64,000 bases of DNA, taken from contig NC_062566.1 of NCBI RefSeq assembly GCF_022837055.1, forward strand, positions 66,798,464 to 66,862,463, read 5' to 3'. Every line of letters starts with the position of its first letter. The stretch's first letter is position 1. A model generated the notes under the pieces. The model was not told where the DNA came from, did no database searches, and worked only from the letters and a program-made list of their open reading frames with translations. Both the position numbers and the translations under genes were made by a program. The DNA is from Prionailurus viverrinus (taxonomy: Eukaryota). Shown one piece after another: positions 35,471 through 46,445 of the stretch.

Positions 35471-36778
35471 AAACAAAATAAAGAATAAAATCCTTTTAAA
35501 AAAAGTAACAAAAAATATGGCCCTCAGTTTCACATTCCACTAGGAAAGGAATGCTGCCAGCATGGGCTTGGAAGCAGATCTTTCCTCAGTTGGCCATACT
35601 GTAGCCCCTGTCAACACCTTGATTATAGTTTTGAGAATCTGAGCAGTCTATGCCTGAACTCTTGACCTACACAAACTGAGATAATAAACATGTTGTTCTA
35701 AGCCACTAAATTTGTTGATTAAGCCATTAAGTTTGTTACACATACACAACTACTATATACAGACACAAATTTTAGCTTATCTTTGGATTCACTATCCTTT
35801 ATATATTGACAAGAATGAAATATGAGCACTCACCTCTAAATTTTTTTTTAATTTGCCCATTCAATATAGCGTGATGTAACTCCACCAAGTTTGGGTTACC
35901 AGTCCCTTCTATGTAGTCCCACAGCACTCTGTACTTTCCTTATAATGTACACATTACAAATATATTATAAATGTCTGGGGTTTTTTAATCTTTATCACCA
36001 CTAAACCGTAGCCTTCTTGAAACTCATACATTTTGTTCATTACTGTATACTCAGTACCTAAGAAGGTGCATGAAATATAAATGTTTCCAGAAAATATTTG
36101 TTGAATAAATAGGAAAAAAAAAAATTTATTTCTGACTACCTTACTCATTCACTGCTTTCTACCATATTTGAAAAGATGAAAACAGTAACACATTCATGTT
36201 CAATCAGTACTATCCCCCAAATAGGAATCCACTTTAAGATATAGTGTCTATTCATTCAGTCAATAAATATTTACTGAGACTTAAGACCAGTAACTATGAT
36301 GGTCACTCAGGACCCAGAGATAAAGTATCAAAACTTGACATAAAGAACTCTCCCAACTAGAAGACATGAACAAGTATGCAGATAATTATAATACCATATA
36401 AATAATACAATAAAAGTATACATAAGATACAGGAGCATATAAGAGGGATGCCTTACCCAGAAAAATATAATGAAAGGATTAACTTGTTGACAAGCAAAAT
36501 CTTTAAAAAGCATTATAAATGTATATGCAAGATATACAATATACTCAAGGACACGATTAAAGTTCTCCACAGAAAAGTCTTTCTAAGAAGGTACCAGAAA
36601 TCATGAGTTAAGGATGTGAACTTGGTATTAAGGATGCTCATCACAGTGGTTTTAATAAACTAGAAAAAAATTATGAGACATTTCTATTATATCAAAAAAA
36701 AGACTAATAAAAGATAAATAAAAAAAGAGATAATATCTTGCAATATCTGAGTTACGTACATATAAAGAATTCTTGGTA

Positions 36779-36965
36779 GTACCTGGGTGGCTCAGTCAGT
36801 TGGGCATCTGACTTCAGCTCAGGTCATGATCTCAGTTTGTGAGTTCAAGCCCCACGATGGGCTCTGAGACCGGAGCCTGCTTCAGATTCTGTGTCTCCCT
36901 CTCTCTGCTCCTCCCCCACTCATGCTATGTCTCTCTTTCAAAAATGCATAAACATTAAAAAAGAG
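36779..36965 (+). mobile_element. Can-SINE
   Basis: The head is GGTAGTACCTGGGTGGCTCAGTCAGTTGGGCATCTGAC. Confidence 0.85.
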
Positions 36966-37212
36966 AGAGAATTCTACAAATCAATAGGGAAAAAACCTAC
37001 AGCAAGTGAAATAAGCAAACTAAAACAGGCAATTCATAAAAATACATGAAAACATACAAGAAAATGTTTTCAGCTAACCGTCATCTAAGAAGTGCATATT
37101 TAAACAAGATTTTACTCTACTCATTATCTAATTGGTGAGTAGAAATATGAACAATCAGGCACCCTCATACATTTAAGGGACACAAAAGGTCCTAACTGGA
37201 AGACAATTTTAA

Positions 37213-37560
37213 AATACTGCAATTTGGGGAGCACTTGGCTGGTTCAATCGGTAAAGCATGCAACTTTTTTTTTTTTTTTCAACGTTTATTTATTTTTGGG
37301 ACAGAGAGAGACAGAGCATGAACGGGGGAGGGGCAGAGAGAGAGGGAGACACAGAATCGGAAACAGGCTCCAGGCTCTGAGCCATCAGCCCAGAGCCTGA
37401 CGCGGGGCTCGAACTCACGGACCGCGCGATCGTGACCTGGCTGAAGTCGGACGCTTAACCGACTGCGCCACCCAGGCGCCCCAAAGCATGCAACTCTTGA
37501 TCTCAGGGTTGTGAGTTTAAGCCTCAGGTTGAGCAGAGAGATTACTTAAAAATAAAATCT
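37213..37560 (+). mobile_element. Older short Can-SINE (tRNA-like head of the AGCATGCAACTC type), split by the nested young SINE at 37266-37482
   Basis: The element reads GGGGAGCACTTGGCTGGTTCAATCGGTAAAGCATGCAACT | insert | AAAGCATGCAACTCTTGATCTCAGGGTTGTGAGTTTAAGCC. Confidence 0.8.
37266..37482 (-). mobile_element. Young CpG-intact SINEC copy (reverse orientation) nested in an older SINE. Perfect 13-bp TSD aaagcatgcaact at 37253-37265 and 37483-37495.
   Basis: It is nearly identical to the copy at 26234-26457, and the TSD duplicates host-SINE sequence. Confidence 0.9.
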
Positions 37561-37974
37561 TTTAAAAGTTAAATTAATTAACTGCAATTTTTAAAACTTT
37601 GAAATATGTATTCATCCACTTTCAGGAATTTAATATTAACAAATAATTAAATACATGAATTTGATAAGAATGCTCATCACATTTTTTTATAACTTGGAAG
37701 TAATTTATGATACAACTATTAAAATTATGATTATAAAATAACTAATTTAAAAATACTAAAATATTCTAGTAATCATAATATATCGTCAGCTGTAAATGAT
37801 ATTATCCTACTTTGGGACAAAAAATATATATATGTAAAACATATTTATGTACAAAAAAAAGTCCAGTAATACACAAAAATATCAACAATGATCTCCAAGT
37901 TATGGAATTATGGGTGATTTTTTTATTTTCTTCCCATAGGATTTCCAAAAGTAAACATATGACCTTTTCAAATT

Positions 37975-38187
37975 TTTTTTTTATTGTTTATTTATTTTTG
38001 GGAGAGAGACAGAGACAGAGCGTGAGCAGGGGTGGGGCAGAGAGAAAGGGAGACACAGAAACCCAAGCAGGCTCCAGGCTCCGAGCAGTCAGCACAGAGC
38101 TGACGTGAGACTCAAACCAACAAACCACAAAATCATGACCTGTGCCAAAGCTGGATGCTTAACCAACTGAGCCACTCAGGGACCCCT
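37975..38187 (-). mobile_element. Can-SINE (reverse orientation), about 150 bp downstream of the CCNB1IP1 RING exon
   Basis: The plus strand reads TTTTTTTTTTATTGTTTATTTATTTTTGGGAGAGAGACAGAGACAGAGCGTGAGC...CAACTGAGCCACTCAGGGACCCC. Confidence 0.85.
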
Positions 38188-38337
38188 AAACATATTACTT
38201 TTGAAAAAAAAAATTATTAAAAAGAAAGTTTTCTATATATTCACAAAAAATAAATACAAACACAGTGAAGGAAAAACATTAGAAGCCTCCACATGCCTCC
38301 AATCATACTGTCCAGAAAAACTAGCCTAAGCACTAAC

Positions 38338-38634
38338 CTGATACGTCCAGAAGGCCAGTGCACGGGAGCTAATGTCCAACACAATCTCTGGTCGAAGTCC
38401 TGCCAATACCATGGCTTTATATTCCTCTGATGGACTGAGTTCTGTGCGGACAATGTCTAGCTTTCCAGAAAGGGTACTGTTGCAGGCAGGGCAGATAGCT
38501 GGTGAACGACTAAACTCACCACTGCCATGCTGATCACAGAAGATGTGAGAGCAGGCAGTGACCCACGCATAACCAGAGAGTTTGAGACGACACTTGCGAT
38601 AATTACAAAGCAGCATGTCTTCACACAAAGACAT
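38338..38634 (-). CDS. CCNB1IP1: CCNB1IP1 first coding exon (RING domain). ATG at 38634: MSLCEDMLLCNYRKCRLKLSGYAWVTACSHIFCDQHGSGEFSRSPAICPACNSTLSGKLDIVRTELSPSEEYKAMVLAGLRPEIVLDISSRALAFWTYQ. The exon itself begins at an acceptor near 38658 (ttcttttcag|CATCTGGAG) and carries about 24 nt of 5' UTR.
   Basis: The ORF track has a matching ORF at 38326..38634 (-). The donor is TATCAG|gttagt. Across the three exons, 297+334+203 nt gives 834 nt and 277 aa, which equals the length of human CCNB1IP1. Confidence 0.9.
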
Positions 38635-39989
38635 AATAGAAAGTGAGGTCTCCAGATGCTGAAAAGAATCCTAATAAGGGGTAAATAAAAAGGCCAAATA
38701 AGTCAACTTTTAGTGAAAATGAAATAAATAGTAAATAAACAGACCATGTTTTCATTTAATTACAATAAAATAATGTATTTTACTGTTTTTGTAATTATTA
38801 TCAATGTTACATTGATTTCACTCAATATTAACTGTGTTCTTTTGTGTAAACTGCTAGAAAGTCCATGAAAAAAAATTTTAAAGAAACAAATTAAAGACAC
38901 TAGTGGTCCAAATCTTACTAAAGCCAAAAATAGTATGTACGTAGAAAATAAAGTTCAGGAACATTTTGCAAAGTACAAACAAAAGTTAATTACGCCCTTC
39001 GCCATTCCTCAATACCTAAATAAAAAAGCCAAATTTATTACTGTCCATAGTTTGCTAGCATATTTTAGTATCACTTCTCACACTTGGCAGACTTAAGTCC
39101 AGGCACTGATTTCAACCATTCTTTAGTGCAAAGTGTCTTTTAAGTTACATTTTTAGGTTTTCCATAATAAATGGACTTCTCAGATTCTTTACCTGCATTG
39201 CCTTAACTAAAAAGCCGGTAGTAATCTGCTAGTATTAAAATAATTTAATTCGTCCAAGCAAATGACTATTATGAAACCTGAACAACTGTATAAAAGCTGC
39301 TTTATCATCAAACAATTCCTTGCAAACAAATTGCAAGGATAGCATTTAATATTAATACAAATTGAATTGCTATTCAATTGCTATTGCTATTGAATGCTAT
39401 CCTTGCAATTTTTTTTAAATGTAAAACTAAATAAATACTTTTAGGTTACTTTTCAATATAGCGTCCACTCTCACTGGAGTTTTACTAACCGAGACTGGAC
39501 AGCAATATTGTGGATATATCAAAATCATATACTGTAAGAAATAATTGTGACATTTCAGTTATACACCAAGGAAAAATGTTCACATTTATCAACCGATAAA
39601 TTCTGTCAAGAATGTTGCCTCAGTCACAGGGGTCGACGAGGACGCTCTGACACCTTTGTCCCCAAAGTACCCGCTGAGGTAGGCTCCAAAGGTAAATGGC
39701 ACCTTGCAGCCAGAGTTATAAGGCTTATTTTACCTCCAGCAGGGTTAATAGGCATGGGGCGAGCAGAAAAGCTGGGACGTTTCGAACCAGAGCCTTCTCG
39801 GGCAAAGCGAGGGGAGCGGCTAATTCCCAATTTTCCCTGACTGGGGGAATAAAGCCAATTTAGCGAGCTGTCCAAGTTACTGAGGGCCAAGTTTTTGAGA
39901 ATTAGACTCACAGAAACTTCACTCTGGAGTTGTTGGCCTGCTTCCTGCGGTCTACCGAGAAAATAATAATAATACAAATAAAATATCTA

Positions 39990-40310
39990 ACCTGAGGCGC
40001 CCAGATAAAGCGCGGGAAAACACCGTTGCCGCCACAATTCCACAACTACTGTAGGGAGGGCTCGCCCTGCGGCTCTTACTACATCTGAGAGCGCATGCGC
40101 GGGGTTGCCCCGGAGCCTGCCGGGTACTGGGCACAGGGCTTCGTACCGCTCGGGATCCTGGGACCGGTCAGGCTGTGGCACCCAGACTTGGTTGGGTACG
40201 TATTCCCGGCGCAGGCGCATATCAGGCGCTATGAGGGTGCGAGTCTCACGTAGTGTGGTCTAGGTTTCCCGCTTGGGAGCCCAATGGATACAGCCATTGA
40301 GTTCCCTTCA
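39990..40310 (-). promoter_or_regulatory. CCNB1IP1: CpG island, probably the CCNB1IP1 promoter plus its 5' non-coding exon 1. A possible donor lies at CCTCAG|gttaga near 39992.
   Basis: This is the densest CpG cluster between the CCNB1IP1 coding exons and RPPH1 (gcgcatgcgcggggttgccccggagcctgccgggtactggg, ccggcgcaggcgcat). It lies about 1.4 kb upstream of the first coding exon. No other CpG island exists between 40.3 and 61.5 kb. Confidence 0.45.
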
Positions 40311-41837
40311 CTGCCCTCGACTGGCAGAAGAGTTAACATCCTAGCCCTCCTGGGTGTAACAGCAGAGGTCAGAGTCTCCCGAGGTAACAGCAGGCAAGGG
40401 GGCGAGAGGCAGTTGAGAAGCTAACAGAACCTCTGAGTACACAGGCGTGTTTGTCCTAGAAACACTTGGGGATGACAGGCTGGGCACCACATACTTCCTA
40501 AGTAGGAAAATGTCCCGGAAATGTGATGCCTGTAATTGGATAGCTATCACCTCCACATTCTAGTTCTGCCATTTTACTTTTCATCCATCTTGGTACAGGG
40601 ATCTTTATAGCTTTCACATATCTTCTAGATACATTTAAAAATAGAACTTTTCTTTAGTTTATGATGTTACCAACATTTATTACAGGGCCTGAAATGAAGG
40701 GAGGATCAGGGGTCACAGCTTTTTTGAGGTGACCTGCCTGTGTGCTCTCCTGGACCTCCTTTTAATTGTTTAAATGTTTGTGCCTGTTTTACCCTAATGC
40801 TGTCACCTGCCAATTTCGTTTCTGTTCTGTGTAACCTGTGTGGTCTTCTGCTCAATCTATAGAAGCCTATTGGAATTCATATTAGAAACTAAGCTGAAGA
40901 GGGCTTGAGGGGTCCTCAGAATACAAGCCTTAATGCTGCCTTTTGCAGCCACCTGTCCACATAATGTGTAGTAACAGATAACTACACAATGGACACCAAA
41001 GCCCTGTAAACCCCTTTATGGGTTGTAAATCTCTATTACTAACCCTTTCTTCTTCAAACAAAACCTATCCTAATTACACAACTTTTGGCTAGTTTTCTGT
41101 CAACTTCCAACTTGTTCACAGTAATTAGAAAGGGTCCTCTTAGCCTTTGTATACATTTCCTAAAATGTCGTCTGAGAGTTTACAGTGGTAACTTAATTCT
41201 GGTGGTACAAACTGGATTCAAACAAAAGTGGGTGTTCATGTGTAAACCCCTAACATCTCTTTTGCATATCTGAGCAGTTTATGCATTTCCTGATTTTAAT
41301 TATGCCAAATATACTACAAAAGTGTAGAATCTAAAGTTAGAAGCATTCAAATTCAACCAGTACCTAACTTTGTGATCTAACTTACCTTTGTACTGCAACA
41401 TGATCTCTTCCTGCTTCTTCATCAAGAGCATTGATTCCCCAAACCTTAGGGTTTCAAAACTAAGTCAGTTTCAAAGTCAGTCTCAAATTTCCTCTAGAGT
41501 CAGTTTCACATTTCCAACCCACTTGGCTAAAAACCTGTAAGAATAATATACATATTATGTGGGTGTGTATGTATACTTTTTTTTGCCAACATTTTGCCGG
41601 ATAGAATAAAAAGGGGCAGGGGGCTACAAAGACTTAGTATCCCAGTTATCTGGAACACCAGGAACTGAACTAACCTCCTTCTTAGTGGCATTGTGTCCTC
41701 TTGTTATGGCAAACCTTTCACTGCCTTCACTGGCTCTTTTCTGGAGTGCTCCTGGGGATGAGATTACTAAAATCAATCAGGGCTGAGATACAGAGACCCA
41801 TCCACCAAACAGAACTTTTTAAAATACTGGTTTTTGG

Positions 41838-42030
41838 GGTACCTGGATGGCTCAGTTAAGCATCAGACTTCAGCTCAGGTCATCATCTCCCAGTTTGTGA
41901 GTTTGAGCCCCAGATCAGGCTCTCTGCTGACCTCTCAGAGCGTGGTGCCTGCTTTGGATTCTGTGTCTGCCTCTCCCCCACGCATACTCTGTCTCTCTCT
42001 CAAAAATAAACATTAATTTTTTTTTAAATA
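41838..42030 (+). mobile_element. Can-SINE
   Basis: The head is GGGGTACCTGGATGGCTCAGTTAAGCATCAGAC. Confidence 0.85.
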
Positions 42031-42987
42031 TTGGTTTTTATTATTAAATATCAAGCATACAAAAAATGTGACGAATGACCATCATGCAGCTTTAATAAAC
42101 TGAAATCTTTCTCACACTTGATTTTCTTTTAAATGAAGTAACATATTATAAATATAACTGAAGCCTCCCCATTTTCTTCTACCTCTCCAGAGGTAAACAA
42201 GCCAGATTTTGGTATTTATCATTCTCATACATGCTTTTATACTTTTAGTATATATGTATATATCAATCTTCTTTTGCATGTCCTTAAACTACTAAAATCT
42301 TATTTTGCGTGTCCTAAAACTACTTATCATAGTATGCATCACTTTGCTATTTTATTAACTGTTTTTGACATGTAGTCATGTTAATACACATACCTTGCAT
42401 TAATTCATTTTAACAGCCAAATTCTAAAAATTTACCACAATGTATCCATTCTTCTAATGGACATTTCTTCCAGGTTTTTAAAATTAAAGACAATACTTCA
42501 ATAAACTTCCTATACATGTCTTCTTGAATACACATGCCAAGAATTCCTATAGAACATAATACCCAGAGACTGGATTTGTGTATAATCAACTTCAAATAAA
42601 TTTCACTACCACCAGCAAAGACGAGAGCACACTGCTTCAGACTTAGCAACATATGCAAGTGTCATTTTTCTGGTTTTGTTTTCATTTTTGCCCTTATGAT
42701 GGCAGTAAAATGGCATCTCAATGTTTTAACATGCCAATTCTTTGATTATTAGTGAGATTAAGCATCTTTTCAGGTGACTGACTACTCAGAGATCCTCATC
42801 TGTGAATTATTCATATCCTTTGATCATTTCTATATTTCTATGGAGTCCTTTGTTGATTACATGGTATGTAAACCTAAGTTTTAATTTTACTGTATACAAA
42901 TTTATCAATCTTTCCTTTTGGTGCTTAAGTCTATTCCAATGTCATCATATTCCTTGTTTTTCTATAGGTTTAAAGTTTTGCTTTTCA

Positions 42988-43216
42988 GGGGCGCCTGGGT
43001 GGCGCAGTCGGTTAAGCGTCCGACTTCAGCCAGGTCACGATCTCGCGGTCCGTGAGTTCGAGCCCCACGTCGGGCTCTGGGCTGATGGCTCAGAGCCTGG
43101 AGCCTGTTTCTGATTCTGTGTCTCCCTCTCTCTGTGCCCCTCCCCCGTTCATGCTCTGTCTCTCTCTGTCCCAAAAATAAAATAAAACGTTGAAAAAAAA
43201 AATTAAAAAAAAAAAA
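42988..43216 (+). mobile_element. Young CpG-intact SINEC copy. Perfect 15-bp TSD aagttttgcttttca at 42973-42987 and 43217-43231.
   Basis: It is nearly identical to the copy at 1586-1802. Confidence 0.9.
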
Positions 43217-43903
43217 AAGTTTTGCTTTTCATTTATAGATGTTTGATCCATTCTTCCTAATATAAGGATCTGGATAAACTCTGTAATTTGTGCTTACGCA
43301 TCATTTATACCATTTAATTACAGATTATCTTCACGTTTCAAAAATGATTTATCATAAAGTTTGATATTGATCTTGGGTAGATATTAAGTGTCTATCAGCT
43401 ATACTGAGTACTTATATACCACATTGCTCTAAAAATTTCAAAATAGTAATTTCTCCTGTTATTATTGAATCTTAGAATGTTAGCATGATCTAAACTAATT
43501 TGATACTTATATTCATTTTAATGGAAGAATCTTAATCTAAAAATTAGATTTCATATTATAGTGACATACCATTTCTATAATTCTAGTATGAGTATTAAAT
43601 CTCATTTCAAATCACAGGGATAAGTACTAGACTTCCAATACCTGAATTTGTATGTTATATCCCTTGCAAGTAAAATATATCCTCAGGGATATAAATATAC
43701 TATGTAGGGCAAAAAATTCTTTAAAGTATAATTTAGCCAAAACAATTATAAGTATTTCAACATTAACGATAAAGCAGAAATAATGACTTTTTAACCATAC
43801 CTGAGTGCTCTGTAAAACTTAAATCAATGATAAATGTCCAATTAAGGCTATAAATAAAATGCTCATAATAAAAGATATCCTATTAAATATCAGTAAGCTT
43901 TTG

Positions 43904-44105
43904 GGGCACCTGGGTGGCTCAGTCGGTTAAGCGTCCGACTTCAGCTCAGGTCATGATCTCACGGTCTGTGAGTTCAACCCCATGTTGGGCTCTGTGCTGA
44001 TGGCTCAGAGCCTGGAGCCTGCTTCAGATTCTGTGTCTCCCTCTCTCTCTGCCCCTCCCCTGCTCATGCTCTGTCTCCCTCTGTCTCAAAAATAAATAAA
44101 AACAT
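43904..44105 (+). mobile_element. Can-SINE
   Basis: The head is GGGGCACCTGGGTGGCTCAGTCGGTTAAGCGTCCGACTTCAGCTCAGG. Confidence 0.85.
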
Positions 44106-44119
44106 TTAAAAAAAAAAGA

Positions 44120-44285
44120 CTTCAATCGACTTCAGCTCAGGTCATAATCTCATGGTTCATGAGTCCAAGCCCTGCACTGGACTCTACTGTCAGCACAGAG
44201 CCCACTTTGGACCTTCTGTCCCCCCTCTCTGCCCCTTTGCTGCTGGTTCTCTCTCAGAAAAATAAATAAACATACATACATACAT
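44120..44285 (+). mobile_element. 5'-truncated Can-SINE with a (CATA)n-containing tail
   Basis: The sequence reads GACTTCAGCTCAGGTCATAATCTCATGGTTCATGAGTCCAAGCCC...AAAAATAAATAAACATACATACATACATAAATG. Confidence 0.75.
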
Positions 44286-44389
44286 AAATGTAGGCTTTTA
44301 TATAATTATTCCTCAAACCCAGGTTGTTTTGGCAGCCATTCTTCATTGACCCTTAAAGGATCAAGCATCATAATCAAAGTAATCTCTAC

Positions 44390-44468
44390 ACCCAGCTTGG
44401 GTCTTGAACTCACAACACTAAGATCAAGAGCAGCATGCTCTACCAATAAGCCAGCCAGGCACCCCAAG
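44390..44468 (-). mobile_element. Short tRNA-like Can-SINE head (reverse orientation)
   Basis: The plus strand reads GGGTCTTGAACTCACAACACTAAGATCAAGAGCAGCATGCTCTACCAATAAGCCAGCCAGGCACCCC. Confidence 0.7.
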
Positions 44469-44844
44469 TATTAAGACTTTTAGGTAGACTCACTGGTACC
44501 CAGATGTACCTATATATACAATGTACCTATATATACATTTTTCATCAGAGTCAAAATTTAAGTTCCAATTATTACATGTAAATAAATGTCTTGCCAAAAT
44601 GCCATTAAAAAGGGTGCCATTTTCCAGGAACTTAAAAAAATATCTAATGGAGGTTTCACTTCACATATTTTTGAGTATTCTAGGCCAGGCATTACAGATA
44701 AGGAAGTTTTCCTGCTTTCATGGAGTTTACAATCTAGCAAAGAATCTAAGAATGATGAAAGAAAATATTTTACTCTTCCTGCCTCTTACATTTTTGCAAG
44801 GTTTTTTTAACTAATTTTCTTGCATTTCTTTTAAAAAAAATTTT

Positions 44845-45040
44845 GTTAATGTGTATTTTTGAGAGAGATAGAGCATGAGTGGGGGAGGGGCAGAGCGAGG
44901 GAGACACATAATCCGAAGCAGGTCTCAGGTTCTGAGCTGTTGGCACAGAGCCCAATGCAGGTCTCGAACTCACGGACCTCGAGCTCATGACCTGAGCTGA
45001 AATCGGATGCTTAACCAACTGAGCCACCAGACACCCTGCA
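44845..45040 (-). mobile_element. Can-SINE (reverse orientation)
   Basis: The plus strand reads ...TTTTGAGAGAGATAGAGCATGAGTGGGGGAGGGGCAGAGCGAGGGAGACACATAATCCGAAGCAGG...CAACTGAGCCACCAGACACCC. Confidence 0.85.
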
Positions 45041-45129
45041 AGTTGATTCTATAAACCCTTTCTGAGGAGAAAAGTCTGTTTCCATCTTTAATTTCCATCT
45101 ACTTTCATGCTGTGAAGAAAAATACATTT

Positions 45130-45322
45130 TTTAAAAATGTTTATTTATTCTTTGAGAGAGAGCACAAGCAGGGGAGGAGCAGAGAAAGACACACAGAATC
45201 CAAAGCAGGCTCCAGCCTCTGAGCTATCAGCACAGAGCCCAATGCAGGGCTCAAAACCCGTGAGATCATGACCTGAGGTGAAGTCGGACGCTTAACCGAC
45301 TGAGCCACCCAGGCACCCCGAA
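45130..45322 (-). mobile_element. Can-SINE (reverse orientation)
   Basis: The plus strand reads TTTAAAAATGTTTATTTATTCTTTGAGAGAGAGCACAAGCAGGGGAGG...CGACTGAGCCACCCAGGCACCCC. Confidence 0.85.
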
Positions 45323-46242
45323 AAATACATTTTTAATACTAACCTAAAATGTGTAAGCAACCACTCGGTAGAAAATTGATCAGTAGAAACTCATCAGTAC
45401 AAAATGATTACACAACTTAAAATGTAAACATGAATGACTTCAGAGTTATTGTTTCAGAAACTCTCAATTTACTAAACCACTTTCTTTCATAGCCCTAGGT
45501 CAGTGCTATTCAAATACTATTGCAGTCAAAGGATTGTCAATAAACTTATACATCCTTATATTTTAATGTTAGTTTTGTTTTATTTTTTCAATCACAGGTA
45601 CATTGTCTTAACCTAGAATCACCATCTGCTTTGTAATTGTTTGACTCCGCAAAAATCAGAAGACACTAACGGACGGCCAACCCATCCCCATGGTGCCCTG
45701 AGTGAAAACAAGTCAGCTTGGATATATGATGGACTAAAATCTCACTACCTAAGCTCTAAGCAGTGAGAGGAACAGCCATCAAAATTTATCTCCAACCATT
45801 TTAATAAATGTTTTAAGAATGTTTTAATGTTTAAGAATGTTTTAAGAAATATTTTAAGAAACATTTATAAAAATAAAGATACTAAGTCATTCTTTTTTTT
45901 TCAAGTCAGTCTTAATAGGAATCAATCACTACATCTAAATTTTTAAAAAGTCAATTAAGAGCTAAATGAACCATCAAGTATCATCTGCTCCAGCTAAAAG
46001 ACAAAATGAGGAATAGGATGATAAATAACTCAGTGCCAAAACAAGATCAATCAACTAAAGAAATGTTATTGGAACAGTCACATAGAGATACACACTAGTC
46101 CTGATTATCATACTTATTACCATAATTCTAGAACTTTAAATTAGGTTTTATGTGCTGGAGATAAAGATGTCAGAAACCAGCAGGTAGAATAGTTTAAGAT
46201 AAATATGCACATGGACTTTGATGATAAAACAGCTAATATCTA

Positions 46243-46445
46243 GGGGCACCTGGGTGCCTCAGTCGGTTAAGTGCCCAGCTTCGGCTCAGGTCATGATCTC
46301 ATGGTTCATGGTTTGGAGCCCCACATCGGGCTCTATGCTGACAACTCAGAGCCTAGAGCCTGCTTCAGATTATGTGTCTCCTTCCTTCTCTGCCCCTCCC
46401 CCACTTGCACTGTCTCTATCTGAATAATAAACATCAATAAAAAAA
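46243..46445 (+). mobile_element. Can-SINE
   Basis: The head is GGGGCACCTGGGTGCCTCAGTCGGTTAAGTGCCCAGC. Confidence 0.85.

Noticed and set aside
39175-39313. Possible C/D-box snoRNA on the minus strand (TGATGA at 39305-39310, CTGA at 39180-39183), sought as a SNORD126 candidate
   Set aside because: The boxes are about 125 nt apart, there is no convincing terminal stem, and no D' or C' boxes are present. Similar ATGCTCATCACA motifs at 36637 and 37676 are repeat-derived. I could not support any snoRNA call.
39547-39977. Overlapping 97-aa (+) and 117-aa (-) ORFs near the CCNB1IP1 promoter
   Set aside because: This is a GC/CpG-rich promoter-proximal sequence that is open on both strands. There is no codon periodicity and no recognisable domains. 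It is most likely untranslated 5' sequence.
45790-45870. Short tandem reiteration of gaatgttttaa(g) units
   Set aside because: This is only 3-4 imperfect units in AT-rich sequence. It is an ordinary low-complexity slippage product.
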